64,000 nt of DNA, taken from the NCBI GenBank assembly GCA_965216875.1, contig OZ244207.1, positions 4,576,001-4,640,000 on the forward strand, given 5' to 3'. Source of the DNA: Rubripirellula sp. GTDB taxonomy: Bacteria; Planctomycetota; Planctomycetia; Pirellulales; Pirellulaceae. Position numbers and translations under genes: made by a program. Of the stretch, positions 1 through 9,067 are shown one piece after another (position 1 is the stretch's first letter; every line of letters begins with the position of its first letter). The notes below the pieces were generated by a model, which made no database searches, was not told where the DNA came from, and was given only the letters and a program-made list of their open reading frames with translations.

Positions 1-2090
1 GAGGGCAGGTAGCGTTTGATGGCGAGTGCGGTTTCGCCAATCGTCTCGATCTCGTCCAACACCTGTTCAGGGAAGCGTCCACCGAAGGTGCGTTCCAAGT
101 TCCGGGCGATCTCGAGTCGTTCTAAACTATCGAGTCCAAGATCGAGCACGATGTTGGTATCGAGATCGAGCGCACCCGCACGTTCACCGGCGACATGCCG
201 CACGTGATGCTTGATCGCCTCAACAATCGGCGGACTGACATCACCGCTTGAGACCTTTGCTCGGTCACCCGCAGCAGCCGCAGCTTGCATCATGGGTTGT
301 GCCGCGCCAGCAACGGCGGCTCCCGAAGCCTCTTCCCAGCGGACCCATTTTGCGATGACCTTGAGTGTGTTGTCGCGAACAGCATGGAAACAGGCATGCC
401 GCTGAATCTTTCCGCTGCTCGTTTTGGGAACACTGTTGCTGCGAACCAGATAGACCGCGTCGGGCGGCAGTTCATGTTCTGCCGTTACCGCGCGACGAAT
501 CGCCTGCAGGTGCGCGTCCCAATCCATGTTCCGAGCCCGGACCGTTTCGGCAACGATCACAAGCTGCTCGCGCCCGTCACGTTCCATTGCTAAAGCGCCC
601 ACGCCACCGGCTTGGACGGCCGTGCTGGCGCGTTCCACCGTTTCTTCAATATCCTGTGGGTATCGATTCACACCACGGACAATGATCATGTCTTTCAAGC
701 GACCGGAAACGTAAAGTTGCCCGTCATACAGAAAGCCCAAGTCACCGGTGCGAAGGTAGGGACCATCACCGTCGGCGGTCATCGCCTTGAAGGTTTGCTC
801 GGTCAGGTCCTTGTGTTGGTAATAGCCTTTGCCGACCGAGGGACTTTGCACCCAAATTTCGCCGATCTGGTCATCAGGCAGTTTTTGGCGTGAATCGGGA
901 TCGACAATGACAACCGTTTCGTTCGGTAGCACGGCGCCACAGCCGATCACCTTGCGGGCGCCGTCTGCGTCGTCTTCAACCGCTTTCACACGTTTCTCGT
1001 CCAACCCCGGACCATCAAACGCGTTCATCACCGGTCGTGTTTCCGAAGGACCACCGGTGACGATCAATGTGGTTTCCGCCATCCCGTAACAGGGCAGGAA
1101 AGCCGACCGTTTGAACCCATAAGGTCCAAACCGTTCAACAAACGCTTCGAGAGTTGACGCGCGAATCGGCTCGGCACCGTTGAACGCGATTTGCCAAGAC
1201 GACAAATCAACGCCTTCCATCTCGCGATCATCGATCTTGTCGACGCAAAGTTGATAGGAAAAGTTTGGCCCGCCACTGATGCTGACACGGTGTTTGGAGA
1301 TGCCTTGAAGCCAGCGCGCTGGCCGCTGCAAGAAAGTCATCGGGCTGATCAGCACATTCGGCTTACCGATGTAGAGCGGCATCAACACACCACCGACCAA
1401 GCCCATGTCATGGTAGGTCGGAAGCCACGACATCCCAGCGATTTGTCCGCCAGGTTCAAACGCGTGCAAAATCAATTCGCTGTTGGCGATCAGATTCTGC
1501 TGGGTCAACATCACGCCTTTGGGCGATCCGGTCGAGCCAGAGGTGTACTGCAGAACGGCAAGCGAATCTTCTGCCAACGTTGGTCGTCGCCAACGATCAA
1601 GATCTCGCACCGACGCGTCGTCGGTACCCAGCAGCTGAACGCCGATCAGGTCTTCATGCCACTTATCACCGGTAAGTTGCTCAACCACTTTGCGTGTCGA
1701 CAGTGCCCACTTGGCATCGGCGTCGACCACGATGGAACGAATCCGCGACGCCTTGCGATTGCGGCGAGGCGGAAAGGCGGGCACGGCAACCGCACCTGCC
1801 GCATGGCAGGCAAAGAAGCCAATGACAAAATCCATGCCCGGCGGGTACAGCAGAAGGATGCGGTCGCCCGAGCGAATTCGGCACCGTCCCTGTAAATAGC
1901 CCGCGAGTCCTCGAACTTCCTTCCAAAGCTCGGCATAGGTCAGCTGCTGTTGGCCTGGCTCGGTATCGGCGGCGATGTAGGCAATTTCATCGGGGCGTTG
2001 GTTTGCCCAATGCTCGAGCACCGAGACAAAACTGTCGCGGGGTGGAATCTGATCGCCAAAAAACTGCTGCAAGTCCACGGAGGAAGTCAC
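1..2090 (-). CDS. Fatty acyl-AMP ligase (FAAL)-like adenylation domain fused to an acyl carrier protein domain; 3' end runs off the window
   Basis: Not in the ORF track because there is no stop in the window. Manual translation from GTG 2090 gives MTSSVDLQQFFGDQIPPR..., LLLYPPGMDFVIGFFAC, LQYTSGSTGSPKGVML, SWLPTYHDMGLVGG, FNGAEPI, CYGMAETTL and PKTSSGKIQR, then the ACP motif DLGLDSLERLEIA. Confidence 0.9.
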   Translation of the reverse strand, partial: MTSSVDLQQFFGDQIPPRDSFVSVLEHWANQRPDEIAYIAADTEPGQQQLTYAELWKEVRGLAGYLQGRCRIRSGDRILLLYPPGMDFVIGFFACHAAGAVAVPAFPPRRNRKASRIRSIVVDADAKWALSTRKVVEQLTGDKWHEDLIGVQLLGTDDASVRDLDRWRRPTLAEDSLAVLQYTSGSTGSPKGVMLTQQNLIANSELILHAFEPGGQIAGMSWLPTYHDMGLVGGVLMPLYIGKPNVLISPMTFLQRPARWLQGISKHRVSISGGPNFSYQLCVDKIDDREMEGVDLSSWQIAFNGAEPIRASTLEAFVERFGPYGFKRSAFLPCYGMAETTLIVTGGPSETRPVMNAFDGPGLDEKRVKAVEDDADGARKVIGCGAVLPNETVVIVDPDSRQKLPDDQIGEIWVQSPSVGKGYYQHKDLTEQTFKAMTADGDGPYLRTGDLGFLYDGQLYVSGRLKDMIIVRGVNRYPQDIEETVERASTAVQAGGVGALAMERDGREQLVIVAETVRARNMDWDAHLQAIRRAVTAEHELPPDAVYLVRSNSVPKTSSGKIQRHACFHAVRDNTLKVIAKWVRWEEASGAAVAGAAQPMMQAAAAAGDRAKVSSGDVSPPIVEAIKHHVRHVAGERAGALDLDTNIVLDLGLDSLERLEIARNLERTFGGRFPEQVLDEIETIGETALAIKRYLP

Positions 2091-2423
2091 TGCCTGAGAT
2101 TATTTCGAGGGGTTCCGGTTTCGGAGAATTCGCGACGACGGCGACCCAAAATGCTGAACCAATTGTGCTAAAAACACGTGTACATGGAAGGAAATTCGGC
2201 ATCCACAACGCTGTGTCTCACAAAAAGCATCGCTGGCCTTACGAACATTCCCTGCCATTGGAGTCCGAATCATGGGAATTGCCAGCTGACAACTTGCCGA
2301 ATCTCCTACAAGATAACGACAATTGCTTTGAATTCATCGTGCTCATCCCCCATCGGGGGAGAATTGCGGTCGGTCACATACGTTACCGCAAACGAAGACT
2401 CGCCCTAATCCACAAAATCGTCA

Positions 2424-3830
2424 ATGTCCGACTCATCCAACCAGCGATCTGACGTGCCCAACTCCAACCCACCCCAATCCTTCGCAGGCCAACCGGCCGC
2501 GCTGATCGATCGCGTTGTGAACCTGCTCGATCCGGCCGGCAATGTGCTGCTCGGCACCTCCTACGAACAAGCCTGCGAAGCGGTCCGAAGTGGCGATGCG
2601 GCGCAAGTGCGGCAGATCCGGGGGCAGTTCGCAATCTGCCAGCAAGCGGGCAAAACCATTCGGATGGCGCGATCGATCGGTCGGCCGATGCGGTACTTTT
2701 TGGCCAAGCGAGCTGAGGGCCCCGCACTGATCATCGCCGAACGCATGGACGAGATCGCCGAACAATTGAAAAAGGAAGGGTTGGGCGATCAATTCCATCC
2801 CTCCTACACACGGATGGTTCCCGCACACCACCTTCTTGAATTGCAACTCGTTGGTTGTCCCGATCCCAACCCGTCGCTGACGCGTTACTTTGCACCGCCG
2901 CGAAATCGATTGCCCGCAGACATCGACGCGATCGGTCGCCAATACATTTCAAAGCTCGCCGAGGTTTGCGACCAATGGATTGAATCGATTCCCGAGAGCG
3001 AGCCGATCGGCGTGATGTTCTCTGGCGGAATCGACAGCGGCAGCGTGCTCGTCTTGATGGACTATCTGATCCGTCGTCGTGGACAATCCCCTTCGCGATT
3101 GAAGGCGTTCACCCTTGCCGTTCAAGGCGACCCAAGTGACAGCCGCCAAGCATTGGAGTTCCTTCGCGCGGTGAACTTGGAAATGTTGCTCGAGGTGATC
3201 GATGTGCCTCGCGATGCCGTGCGATGGACCGATGCGGTACGCATGATCGAAGACTACAAACCGCTCGACGTGCAATCGGCAACCATGGGATTGGCATTGT
3301 TGAAAGAAGTGCGCCGACGTTATCCCGATTGGCGTTACGTGATCGACGGCGATGGTGGCGACGAAAACCTCAAAGATTACCCCATTGAAGACAACCCCGA
3401 ACTGACCATTCGCAGTGTGCTCGGAAACCGCATGCTGTACCAGGAAGGATGGGGCGTCGATGCTGTCAAACATTCGCTTGTCTACAGCGGCGGGCAAAGC
3501 CGTGGTCATGTTCGTACGAGTGCGCCTGCGGCAGCACTCGGCTTCAGTGGATTAAGTCCGTACGCATTGCCCGATGTGATCGAAGTCGCCGAAGCCGTTC
3601 CGTTTGTTGACCTGACCGACTGGGACCACGATCGGCTGTATGACTTGAAGGGCGCCGTGGTCTCATCAGGCATCGAGCAAGTCACCGGCGTCAAAATGCC
3701 AGTGTTCGAAAAGCGACGTTTTCAACACGGCGCCGCCGACAACGAAACGTTTCAATCGCTGTTCCCCGTCTCCGATCAAGTCTATCGAGACGAATTCGCT
3801 CGCGTCTTTCACACGATGGGCGAGCAGTAA
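2424..3830 (+). CDS. Asparagine synthetase-related protein (ATP-pyrophosphatase synthase domain)
   Basis: 468 aa; PP-loop IGVMFSGGIDSG and DGDGGDE motif; no N-terminal Cys nucleophile. Confidence 0.8.
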   Translation: MSDSSNQRSDVPNSNPPQSFAGQPAALIDRVVNLLDPAGNVLLGTSYEQACEAVRSGDAAQVRQIRGQFAICQQAGKTIRMARSIGRPMRYFLAKRAEGPALIIAERMDEIAEQLKKEGLGDQFHPSYTRMVPAHHLLELQLVGCPDPNPSLTRYFAPPRNRLPADIDAIGRQYISKLAEVCDQWIESIPESEPIGVMFSGGIDSGSVLVLMDYLIRRRGQSPSRLKAFTLAVQGDPSDSRQALEFLRAVNLEMLLEVIDVPRDAVRWTDAVRMIEDYKPLDVQSATMGLALLKEVRRRYPDWRYVIDGDGGDENLKDYPIEDNPELTIRSVLGNRMLYQEGWGVDAVKHSLVYSGGQSRGHVRTSAPAAALGFSGLSPYALPDVIEVAEAVPFVDLTDWDHDRLYDLKGAVVSSGIEQVTGVKMPVFEKRRFQHGAADNETFQSLFPVSDQVYRDEFARVFHTMGEQ

Positions 3831-3837
3831 GTCGCTT

Positions 3838-4080
3838 GTGAGCCAAATGCATTAGCGTCGGGCCTTTGACAACCGTAGCTACGCTCGCCAGAGCGTAGGC
3901 AGTTCGTAGTACCGAGCTTTAGCCGGAATCTTTGTGAGCCCAGCGTGCTGGCGTCGGGCCTTTGACTTCCGTAGCTACGCTCGCCAAAGCGTAGGCGATA
4001 GAGCGCGTCACCACGGCCGAACGTAGTACCGAGCCTTAGCCGGAATCTTATCACAGACCGCCTAAAGGCTGGACTACAAA
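3838..4080. repeat. Composite REP-like cluster with an imperfectly duplicated ~96-bp unit
   Basis: GTGAGCC...GCGTCGGGCCT + GTAGCTACGCTCGCCA.AGCGTAGG + GTAGTACCGAGC.TTAGCCGGAATC, starting at 3838 and again at 3934. Confidence 0.85.
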
Positions 4081-4192
4081 CGGCGCTAACACGCGGAGCG
4101 GAATAACGAGACTGTACCTACGGAATGCCACAAACGTGTGTTTCACGCTCTTCTTCTCTTGCTCAACGCCGCTCCAATTCGGTACCTGAGAC

Positions 4193-4891
4193 TTGATGCC
4201 AAGTCTCTGCTCCGCCAGCCGTTCTCGATTCAGCTTGCTGATCGCTCTTTTGATGATCAGCGGTGGTTGCGCATTGCCAACGGGAATGACCAAATCACGG
4301 TGGGCGATGGACGATCCCGAGTACGCTGAAAAGTACTGTGATGGGGCCGACAAGAGCGATGTTCTCGGCAAGCTAAAACAAGCTTCCGACGCTCGATTCC
4401 AAGCAGGCGCTGGGGGTGTATTCGTTTCCGGCGGCATGATGTCTCGCCCCGACGCCCGCAGCGAACTGGCGGGAATCGACATCGGCATCGAAGGCTACGC
4501 AACGTCGTACTTAACCACTCGCGGGTCGCTCATGCTGATGTCCGATGGAAGCGACCTGTTTACCGGAGCCGATGTTGGCATGCGTCTCCAAACACCCACT
4601 CGGCTTGCCCCCTTTGTCGGCGTGGGATTGTTTGCCGGGTACGCGAAAGAGGTCGTGCCCGCGGCCGACGATTGGATCGACAATGATGATGACGGTTTCA
4701 TCGACGAACGCGGCGAAGACCGCGAACGCTTTTCTGGCTTCCTTGCCAGCATCTACCCCGAGACCGGAATCCACTTCTGGTGGACGCCCAATATCCGCAT
4801 GACAGGGTTTGCGCGGTACATGGTGACCACCGAAGGACGCGACGATGACGACTGGCTTATTGGAGGTGGCGTCGCCCTGTTTAGTCGCTAG
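4193..4891 (+). CDS. Putative lipoprotein with outer-membrane beta-barrel-like C-terminus
   Basis: 232 aa; lipobox-like LMISGGC; amphipathic beta-strands; ends GGGVALFSR. Confidence 0.7.
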   Translation: MMPSLCSASRSRFSLLIALLMISGGCALPTGMTKSRWAMDDPEYAEKYCDGADKSDVLGKLKQASDARFQAGAGGVFVSGGMMSRPDARSELAGIDIGIEGYATSYLTTRGSLMLMSDGSDLFTGADVGMRLQTPTRLAPFVGVGLFAGYAKEVVPAADDWIDNDDDGFIDERGEDRERFSGFLASIYPETGIHFWWTPNIRMTGFARYMVTTEGRDDDDWLIGGGVALFSR

Positions 4892-4966
4892 CGACTCAAA
4901 GAGCTGAACCGAACGGCAATAGCCAAACTCGTCAACCCGGATCATTTAGATGGCGAAGGAGATCAC

Positions 4967-5362
4967 GTGAAACGCCCGATTCTGTTTTCGATGATCGTAT
5001 CGTGTGCCGGTTGCGGCACACTACGAAACGTTGCCACGTCGCCGATGTTTGGGCCACCGTTGCCGCCAGAAAAAATGGTCTACGGTGGTGTGCGAGAAGA
5101 CACGAAACGAATCACGACGGCGTTCGGCGATATCAAACAATTTGGTGATGCCCAGAAGAGTCTAGGCACAAACGCGGTCGATGCGGCTTCGAGCGCGATT
5201 GACGTTCCACTCTCTGCCGTCGGCGACACGCTGACATTGCCGATCACCGTTCCGGCCGCAATCGATCGCGCGGTCGCTGACTACTACTATCCCAAGAATG
5301 AAGTCACTGACCGCAAGGTCGATGCCCCTTGCGGCAAGGCGAAAGCTGCTGACGACAAGTGA
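4967..5362 (+). CDS. YceK/YidQ-family lipoprotein
   Basis: GCGT lipobox, VYGGVR and IDVPLSAVGDTLTLP motifs; RBS AAGGAG upstream. Confidence 0.8.
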   Translation: MKRPILFSMIVSCAGCGTLRNVATSPMFGPPLPPEKMVYGGVREDTKRITTAFGDIKQFGDAQKSLGTNAVDAASSAIDVPLSAVGDTLTLPITVPAAIDRAVADYYYPKNEVTDRKVDAPCGKAKAADDK

Positions 5363-5495
5363 CTGACTCCGGTCGGCCTTTAAAAAAGAATCTCACGCAA
5401 AGACGCAGAGCTGACAAGGTTCGAGGACATCCAACCTTGCGTCGCCATTGCGTCTTGGCGTGAGACCGAGGTCACCACCAATGATCGTTGTCGGC

Positions 5496-6341
5496 TTACT
5501 CTTCCGCATCGGGGCGTCGTGGTCGTTGGCCGCCCGGCGCGGCATTGTCGCCGCCGCCACGCCGCTGGCCAGCACCTTGCCGACCTTGGCCACCGCGGCG
5601 TCGCATCACCGAACCAAGTTCTTCTTTCGACACACTGCCATCGCCGTTGGAATCGATTTGGTCCAAACGTCCCGACATCTGTTCGGGAATCTCGTCACCG
5701 CTCAGTTTGCCGTTGTTGTCTTTGTCACGCGATTCAAAAAGCCGATCGACGAAGGAAGCAGGATCACCACCGGGGAACCTGCCGCCACGAGCCTGGTCGC
5801 CACCCGGTCCACCACGGCCATCGGGACCGCCACGTCCGGGAGGCCCACCACGTCCGTCAGGCGGACCGAACCCAGGACCACCGCCTGGACCTCCACGACC
5901 ACCTTGACCGCCAGGCCCACCTTGTCCGCCGGGTCCGCCACGTCGCATCGCAGAAAAATCGGGTCGCATTTCTTCTTGTGTCAGTTGCCCGTCACCGTTC
6001 TTGTCGAGCGTCCGAAGTGCTGAGGCGGCGTTATCGATTTCAGCTTTTGAAATCTTTCCGTCGCCATCGGCGTCCAGTGCAGCGAGGACAGGCATCATTC
6101 GCATCATGGACTCGGGACCACCACCACCGCGTCCTCCGAATCCGCCACGACCACCGGGACTGCCCGGACCGCCGCGGCCGCCACGCCCTTCGGCACCCGG
6201 TCCACCGCGTCCTTCTGGTCCACCACCGGGGCCACCGAAACCACCTCGATCACCACCGCCGGGTGGCTGAGCAAAACTGGTGCTGGCGCATAGCGCGGCA
6301 AGGATTGCCGATGCCATACAGGTCCGTTTGAACAAACGCAT
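5496..6341 (-). CDS. Secreted EF-hand protein with Gly/Pro/Arg-rich linkers
   Basis: Signal peptide ending SFA-Q; four EF loops DADGDGKISKAE, DKNGDGQLTQEE, DKDNNGKLSGDE, DSNGDGSVSKEE. Confidence 0.88.
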   Translation of the reverse strand: MRLFKRTCMASAILAALCASTSFAQPPGGGDRGGFGGPGGGPEGRGGPGAEGRGGRGGPGSPGGRGGFGGRGGGGPESMMRMMPVLAALDADGDGKISKAEIDNAASALRTLDKNGDGQLTQEEMRPDFSAMRRGGPGGQGGPGGQGGRGGPGGGPGFGPPDGRGGPPGRGGPDGRGGPGGDQARGGRFPGGDPASFVDRLFESRDKDNNGKLSGDEIPEQMSGRLDQIDSNGDGSVSKEELGSVMRRRGGQGRQGAGQRRGGGDNAAPGGQRPRRPDAEE

Positions 6342-6631
6342 GATCGAAACGCTCCGAAGTTGATGAGTTGGTATTCAGTCTCAAGTGACGTGTCTTGGAA
6401 ACACAAACGAGCCTGGGAGGTCGCAATCCACATTGGGGAGGTGTTTTCCAGTTCGTAGAACACGCTGGCGTCCTCCTGGTTTCGCAGCAGGCAGAGAAAA
6501 AGCGGGCTGAGCCAGTCGCCACCCCCCGCAATTTCCGGCGTTTCCAACCTTTTTCGGCCTGTCAGACCTAACGTGTCATCGGCCCCACCAATACTGATTA
6601 CAGACAGATAAGCAATTTGGGAGGCAAAGCC

Positions 6632-6886
6632 ATGAACCGTATTCTTCAACGTGCAATGACCGACTCGGACAACTACGTTATCGAGATGGATTACGCCGAC
6701 GCCAAAGGCAATCGCACGCATCGCGTCGTCAGCCCCATTCGTTTCATGGGCAGCTATCGGTTTCTCGGCCTGTGCCTTTGCCGCGAGCAACCGCGTCAGT
6801 TTCAACTTTCGCGGTGCAAGAACATCAAGCTGGTGCCCGCATCGGAAGTCCTGATGCCGATTCCGATGCAAGAGTGCGTGAACTGA
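6632..6886 (+). CDS. Stand-alone WYL-domain protein (84 aa)
   Basis: GGAGG RBS before ATG 6632; WYL pattern IEMDYADAKGNRTHRVVSP...FLGLCLCREQPRQFQLSR. Confidence 0.8.
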   Translation: MNRILQRAMTDSDNYVIEMDYADAKGNRTHRVVSPIRFMGSYRFLGLCLCREQPRQFQLSRCKNIKLVPASEVLMPIPMQECVN

Positions 6887-6888
6887 TC

Positions 6889-6923
6889 AAAAAAGAAAAG
6901 CCCGCGAACAGATCGCGGGCTTT
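6889..6923. terminator. Intrinsic, probably bidirectional, terminator
   Basis: AAAGCCCGCGA-acaga-TCGCGGGCTTT hairpin with an A-run on the left (U-tract on the minus strand), between convergent genes. Confidence 0.8.
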
Positions 6924-6950
6924 GAGTGTGAACGTCGTTTTCTCGAAACA

Positions 6951-8705
6951 CTAAAACGCGTTTGAATCATCCTCGTCTTCCGGTGGTGTCCCTCCCATCG
7001 CACGAATCGCCCAAATGCGAGCCATTTTGATTCGATCTTCAGGTGCACCGTGCAACATGATGAGTCCTTCGGCACCACCAACGATGTCGAATGCGATCTC
7101 AACTTCTTCGTCGGAAATCAATCCCATCGCTTGATACAGTCGGATCTCGGCAAGCGTTCGCAGCGAGCGTGCATGCTTGCCCGAAATCAATGTCGAGATG
7201 CGACCACGAGCGTGCTCTGGTTTGAGGGCTGGCATGTCAAACGCTGTCGCTGAGCGATCAAAGATCGACAACAACGTCGCCATCTGGTCTTCGACGTATT
7301 CACGTTCGCCACTGCGTCCTGAAGAAGCGTTCTGGGCAGCTTCCCAGTTGTCCATGCCTTTGCTCATGCCCATCGATTTGCCTGTCGAGACTTGATACAG
7401 GCGACAACGCGACATGTTTTGAACTTGATTGTTGCGTGCCTGTTTCAAGGCAATGTCAAAGTGGATCAGGAAATCGAGGTTCTGCTCGCGTGCGATCTCG
7501 ATGGTCTCTTTTGAATCAATGCCCGACCCCAAGTACATCACACCCGGAATCCACATCGGCATGGGCTCGGGCACCAGGGCAAGCACTTCTTCCAACTCGT
7601 GCCCGATCGGCGGCGTGGTTGGCTCGGCTGGTTGACGCGTGCCGTTGCGACGATTGTTGTTGCCGCCTGCCTCTTCCTCCTCTTCAACTTCGATCGTCAT
7701 CAACGCAGGACCAAAGTTTCCACCCTCGAATCGTTTCTTGAATTCATCGCGAATCACTTCGACCACCAAGCCAAGGTTTTCGTCGAGTTCTTCTTGGGCC
7801 GAATCCGAGAGCATCTTGCGAACGGGACCGGTCGGCTTCTTGCGAGTTCTTGACGGGCCACCAGGGATCATTCCGTCTTCGGGATAGCCCATCATCTCGC
7901 GCATCTCAGCCTCCGATGGCTCTTCCATCATCGACTGCTCCATCATCGCCTGCTGTTGCATCATCTCCTGTTCCATCATCTCGTTCGGGTAGCCACCACC
8001 TTCATCGGGGCGACCACGTCCGCGAGCGTTGCGTTGCCTCGAGGGACTGGAACTGCGACGGCCCGTTGTCGTTTGGCGAATCGGGGTTGGGCTTCCCGAT
8101 CCTCGGACCGAGTAGGAGACACCGAACTTGGCATTCCAAACGGGACGACCAAGCGTCTTGTTGAATTTGACGGTTTTGAGCTGGACGGCCGAATCAGGAT
8201 ATTCAGCAACCATGTGGCCGAAGATCAATTCCAGCGCGAGCGGGTAGTTGCCAGCAGAAAATGCTTGGTCCGACTCTCGTTTGAGCACGGGGCCAGCAAG
8301 GATCGGCGCGTCGAGATCGGGTGCGATCAAGGGCGTGAAGTCGATCCGCGGCGCCGAAAAGCTCATACCGTAAAAGAGTTGGTCGCTGGTCCCGCTACCG
8401 CGTCGATTGCGTGACGAACCGCCGTAACCGTATTGCTCGTAGCCTTCACCCATCTCGCTATATTCATCCCCATAGATCCCGTTCTCGATCATCATCCGCT
8501 CTTCTTCGGATGGTCCGTAACCTGATCCGGAGCCACTGGGGGCTGAGCCACTTGGGGACGAGCCGCCGTCGCGGCCGAGAGCCTCATCGAGCCGCTTTCC
8601 CGGCTCATTCAATCCCTGTGCGAGGAGGATCGAAGGGGACGCCACCGCTGCAATCACGAAGGTCGTCGACACACAGAAGGTTAAAAGACGGTTCATGACG
8701 GTCAT
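6951..8705 (-). CDS. Secreted hypothetical protein with Met/Glu/Gly-rich low-complexity segments
   Basis: Long ORF with signal-peptide-like N-terminus; start uncertain (8696, 8705 or 8729). Confidence 0.75.
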   Translation of the reverse strand: MTVMNRLLTFCVSTTFVIAAVASPSILLAQGLNEPGKRLDEALGRDGGSSPSGSAPSGSGSGYGPSEEERMMIENGIYGDEYSEMGEGYEQYGYGGSSRNRRGSGTSDQLFYGMSFSAPRIDFTPLIAPDLDAPILAGPVLKRESDQAFSAGNYPLALELIFGHMVAEYPDSAVQLKTVKFNKTLGRPVWNAKFGVSYSVRGSGSPTPIRQTTTGRRSSSPSRQRNARGRGRPDEGGGYPNEMMEQEMMQQQAMMEQSMMEEPSEAEMREMMGYPEDGMIPGGPSRTRKKPTGPVRKMLSDSAQEELDENLGLVVEVIRDEFKKRFEGGNFGPALMTIEVEEEEEAGGNNNRRNGTRQPAEPTTPPIGHELEEVLALVPEPMPMWIPGVMYLGSGIDSKETIEIAREQNLDFLIHFDIALKQARNNQVQNMSRCRLYQVSTGKSMGMSKGMDNWEAAQNASSGRSGEREYVEDQMATLLSIFDRSATAFDMPALKPEHARGRISTLISGKHARSLRTLAEIRLYQAMGLISDEEVEIAFDIVGGAEGLIMLHGAPEDRIKMARIWAIRAMGGTPPEDEDDSNAF

Positions 8706-9067
8706 TACCGCGTTGTTTGAAAGGAGCACGTAGGCAGAGGAGCACTTTCAGCCAAGAATCAGCAAGCATCCAAGGTTCGTGAAGAACCCCACGGTCACTG
8801 ATTTTGCCTGACAAAATGGTGCACATCTGCGTATGATAGACGGCTCTTTCATTTGTGTGGACAACTTTTCCATAAGTCCGCCCGGATGGGGGAGTCGCTG
8901 GAAGCGTGCCCCATAAAAAAAATCGGCTCGCTCGAGGGTTTGGTGGGAACTTTCGCTCGCGAGACGTGTCCAACCCCGGCTCAGTTATGTGTCGACACCG
9001 GAAATCTCAAGCCGGAATGTCGAAAACAGGCTGCTCCACGAGGGTATTTTTGATTCAGGCAGCATTA

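Noticed and set aside
1191..1895. 234-aa plus-strand ORF
   Set aside because: Antisense shadow of the FAAL gene; the same applies to 43174-44193, 57855-58811 and 15066-15905
2091..4192. Lasso peptide cluster around the AsnB-like gene
   Set aside because: No precursor-like ORF, RRE or transglutaminase-like peptidase nearby
8856..8864. DnaA-box-like TGTGGACAA
   Set aside because: A single imperfect box with no cluster or AT-rich unwinding element
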